A DNA stretch of 64,000 nt from Yuukianura sp. NJ FZ-2021 (Eukaryota). Below are positions 59,961 through 64,000 of the stretch, piece after piece. The DNA lies in NCBI GenBank assembly GCA_046563655.1, contig CM102289.1, forward strand, positions 5,270,001 through 5,334,000, in the 5' to 3' direction. Made by a program: the position numbers and the translations under genes. The notes under the pieces were generated by a model that was not told the DNA's origin, did not search any database, and saw nothing but the letters and a program-made list of their open reading frames with translations. Numbering within the stretch: position 1 is the first letter of the stretch; each line of letters opens with the position of its first letter.

Positions 59961-62900
59961 ACCTCATGTCTACTAAAAGCAGCAATGCGGCACTCCCAAT
60001 GCGAAAAATGTGTCATTTCAAACTCAAATCCTCATTGAGTTCTCTCGCGCCAAAAGTCAAAAAAGTGCCCAAATCCCATGAACCTTGAGAACTACTTTAC
60101 TTCAACTTGGAACAGAACGACAGTTGTCTCAACTAAAGCTGATTAGAACAAAGTACTTTTTTGTACAAAGCGGAACTTTTAAAAAGTCATTGAGGTTAGC
60201 ATTGGAGCTAACGAAGGCAGTGCTGATGTGGCGGGGGTTAACGGCAAAAGTTTGTTCGTTCCGTTTATGCTTGAATGAAGTTTTTGGATTTGAAAATTTG
60301 AGTAATTTGGAACTCGCCGGATTGGGAACAGATGAAATTAGTAACTTTTTATGAAAAAGCAAAAAGTTTTGTTTTTAAAGATTTTGAGAAATGAATATTT
60401 TAAAAGAGAAAGCTCCTGCCCAACTTGGAAATTGAAAAGAAAGTTGGAAAGGCCAATTTATTTTCACTTTGATAGCAGCAGAACAAAGACTTTTGTTGGC
60501 ATTAAGTGCCTTTCTACAACGGAAAAAAGAATAAATTCTGGCAAACCGTTGAGTGGTAAGAGTTTAGAGTTGAGCGCCGTAACTTCTGCGCCGCTTTTTT
60601 TCAAAAAAGTACTTTTCGATATCCAAGTTCGTGTCGAGCCAGCTCCCGACGCTTCGGAAGCGTCTGGGTTCCTCCGAGTTCAATGACCTCTTCCTCCTAT
60701 TTTCATCTTGGCACTACCGAAAATATCCGAAACCATGAAGGGGAGCGTGGTGCCTAAAATTCATCTGCCAAAAAAACTCATGAACAAAAAAAAAGCCGAG
60801 TTTCGTCTTCACAAAAATATGTCTTTATCGAAAAAAATACTCTGTTGGAAACTTTCTACTCACAGAAAGCTACAAAAACATTCTAGGTGAAGTTATTTGA
60901 ACAAAATTATTTTGAAATGTTGAAACAGCGCGCGCTTTGTACGTAAATTGACGTCGCATTTTGTCATTCTAGGAACGCGAGGTCACACTAGAGCTACTTG
61001 GGTCGAATGATCCTTGAGTTTTTCCTAGCAGGAGCTGAATTGAACTAATTAAATTGCCAACTCCGCACGACATCCGCGTCTAGCCCTCTGTTTCGTAATT
61101 AACAAAATGCTTTGACATTTTGACTTCTTTGGAAAAGCATTTTATATCCCTCCACCTAAACCACTTTCATAATTTCCAAAATTCCAATTTCCATATTTTC
61201 CCTTCAAAATTTTATCCTGCTTTCACCTTCCTAATTTATTACCTTCTCGCTTTCCTTTTTCGGTTCCAGAGTCACCTTTCTCCATAAACATGAAAACATG
61301 CAATGCATTACTGCCAAAATAGCAAAATGTTCCTGCATATCATGAAAATTTAACTCCTTTGAAGTCTAAATCTAAAATGCTCAACGAAATTCACATGAAC
61401 CGAAAAAAGTCGTTTTTTTGCAACACATGAAATATGAATTTTTATTACATAGATGTTAAAAGGTAATTAATCATAATAATCATTATTGGTTGTTGATTGA
61501 AGTTTCCCCTCACACTTGTTTAGTTAATTTTTTTTACATTAAAGTAGAATATTTACGAATGGAACACACTTCCTTTTGTAAATTCTAACAATGTAAACAA
61601 GATTTTTTTTTAAGTTTTTAGGTGTGACACTTTTATTTCAGGAGGGGAATCAACCTCATCTTTTAGTTACTAAAACTCACTAAAAACTGTTTTTCGAATA
61701 TTTTAATATAATTTTATTTAATAATATTTATATAATGTTTAATACTAAAAACTAAACCTCGCCCCACCGCACCATCTGCATCCTGCAAGAAAACAAAACC
61801 CACAAAACGCCCAAACTTAATACAAAGGGACTCGCCAATTTTTAATATGAACAAAATATAATTTTACAACTTAATAAATTCTTAAATTTAAGTTAACAAT
61901 AATAGTAAAATAAAAGTTAGTTTTTATAGGATCTTTCTGCAAATATAATTTTACTAAAAAATAGTTTAGTTGTAATTAAAATGTAATTAAAATTATAACA
62001 AATTTGCTACACATTCTTGTTTGAGTCCATTAAATATTTTGTAGGAATAAAATTTCCTTTTGAAAGCCTACTAAATTTAAAAATAAAAAATTTCGTAAAA
62101 TTTCTCATCAAAAACTAAAACATTTTTGTGTGTGGCGGATTTAGGTGCAATAGCCTTTGTGTAACATAAATAATAATTTTTTTTTCAATTTTACAAAATA
62201 AAACACCCGCCTCCAATTAGTTTTAAAACTTAGTCAATAATAATACTCATTTGTTTTGTATAGCTTTTGTTTTCAGTTAATTTTTTTAAAATCATGATTT
62301 GGTTAGTTAGGTTAAGTTTTAATTAACCTTACTAACCTCTTTAAAAAGCCAAGGTGAGACTGGGCGGCGGAGATTACTACACAACAAACGTAGGGGGGAA
62401 AAGATGAAGTTTAGCAAATCGCTTTTGCGCCAATTTTGAAAACTTTTTTTTTTCAAAAACTGCACATGCGCAACCTAGCTAAATCTGCTCCATGCGTATG
62501 CCTTTTTATTTGCACTGGGAAATTATTACATTTTTTTAAACTTTCTTTTCATCATGTCAAACCACCTTCGGAAAACTAACACCTTCTTGCACCACTCATT
62601 GCAAAAACTTGTAATTAAATTAATAATTAAGTTTAAAGGTAATTAGTTAAATACTTTTTTTGTTTTAGCATGTTGTCAAGTTTTGATTTTGAGACTGCGT
62701 AGTTAGTAAAACTTGTACAAGGAAGACAATTAAAACTACGAAAAAATTCTGTCATCATCAATTTTCAGTTTAGCATATTTTCATCTCAGATCACAAACAA
62801 ATGACGTTTTTAGCCCGAGGAAATCAATTTTAATTGTAGTTAGTTAATTTTAATAAGGGTATTAAGCTATGATTTATTTAAATTTTCAACCGCTAAAATT

Positions 62901-64000
62901 TTTGTTTTAAAGTTTTAGAACATCACCGACGTTTACGTTATTCTCATATTAATTTCTCACAATAACTTCTTTCCTTGCCATTCATTTTTTAGTTCTGATG
63001 TAGTAAGTTCTCTCCCAGTGCTGCGCAGGGGTGTTAATTTTCTCTACTGCGCATCTCCATTTCAAATCGTTCAAAAATTTGAAGAACCCACGTTCGCCAA
63101 CATTCCACTCCTCCATTGTTCCAAGAAACCCAATTGTTCAAGAATAAGCATTTTTGAAAAACTTGTGTCAATTTAAATACCGAATCGGGAAGTATGTATG
63201 AAACTTTTTTTCGTTACTAAAATTATTGATGATTTACTTTCAATATAAAATTTTTTGGAAACAAAATATACAAATCTCTACTAATTAAAAATAAATCCAA
63301 ATTGGATTTTTTCTTGAATTTCTATTTTTTCCATCTATTATTTTCGGTTGAGCAAAAAAGTGAATTTCAGTTTTATTATGTTTTTTCTTCCTTTCATTTT
63401 TATTGGAGTGGAGAGAGTGAGTGGGAAATAGGCCCTAAATTGCAATTTCCTTATTTAAAACAAAAAAAAGTATTGAAAATTTAAAGAAACTCAGTAAATT
63501 GTCTTTTCAATTTTCAAAAAACCGATTCTAAAAAAAACGTCATCAAAATTTAAAGCTTAAAGAATCAAGAAAGAATTTCGTGATTTTAAAAACCGCCATA
63601 AAAAATTTTCTCCTAATCAACTCATTTTTTTATCCTAATAACGTTTAGCGGGAAAAATAAGATTTTTTCGAAAATCGAATCAAATTCGATAAAAAATCGA
63701 ATTTGTATTTTTATTTCATGATATGAACAAGTCTAAGCCTGAAATTCTCCTTTTTCATTGTGTCTTCTCTACCCACGTGCAGTCTAACCATCAATCACAA
63801 AACAAAAAATGGCTACGAATTTGGTAGGTTTTTTTTTTTTGAAAACTTCGTATATTTCGTATAATGATTTTTCATGATTTTTTAGCTACCCCTCATTGTA
63901 CCAAACCCCTTTCATTTTTGATTACTCTCCCGTTTTCTTCAAGTGATTAAAATCTGTTTAATTAAATACTATGATTACTTTGACTATGTTAACTTTAAAT

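Noticed and set aside
59770..62320. Scattered TTAGG/CCTAA motifs as interstitial telomere
   Set aside because: Not tandem arrays; isolated copies only.

Overview
AT-rich eukaryotic DNA, probably arthropod (inferred from the gene families). The minus strand carries a complete futsch/MAP1-family gene, join(46523-46352, 15993-15895, 15032-14860, 14082-696, 624-455), 4666 aa. It has a single 13.4-kb exon containing three distinct peptide-repeat blocks. Its 30.4-kb first coding intron (15994-46351) holds an antisense, head-to-tail array of cytosolic PAPS-dependent sulfotransferase (SULT) genes: ten apparently intact five-exon genes (18231-38237; one needs a GC donor, one a cryptic acceptor) and at least four pseudogene relics. 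The array shows signs of recent turnover: a copy of SULT-6 lies inside a broken SULT-7-like gene, apparently taking over its promoter and leaving a uORF. Paralogs also differ in active-site motifs and in a hypervariable substrate loop. The rest (38.3-64 kb) is non-coding apart from futsch exon 1, with a Tc1/mariner-type MITE, a foldback element and a candidate alternative first exon. All gene models were assembled by hand from splice consensus, phase and paralog comparison; no database search was run.
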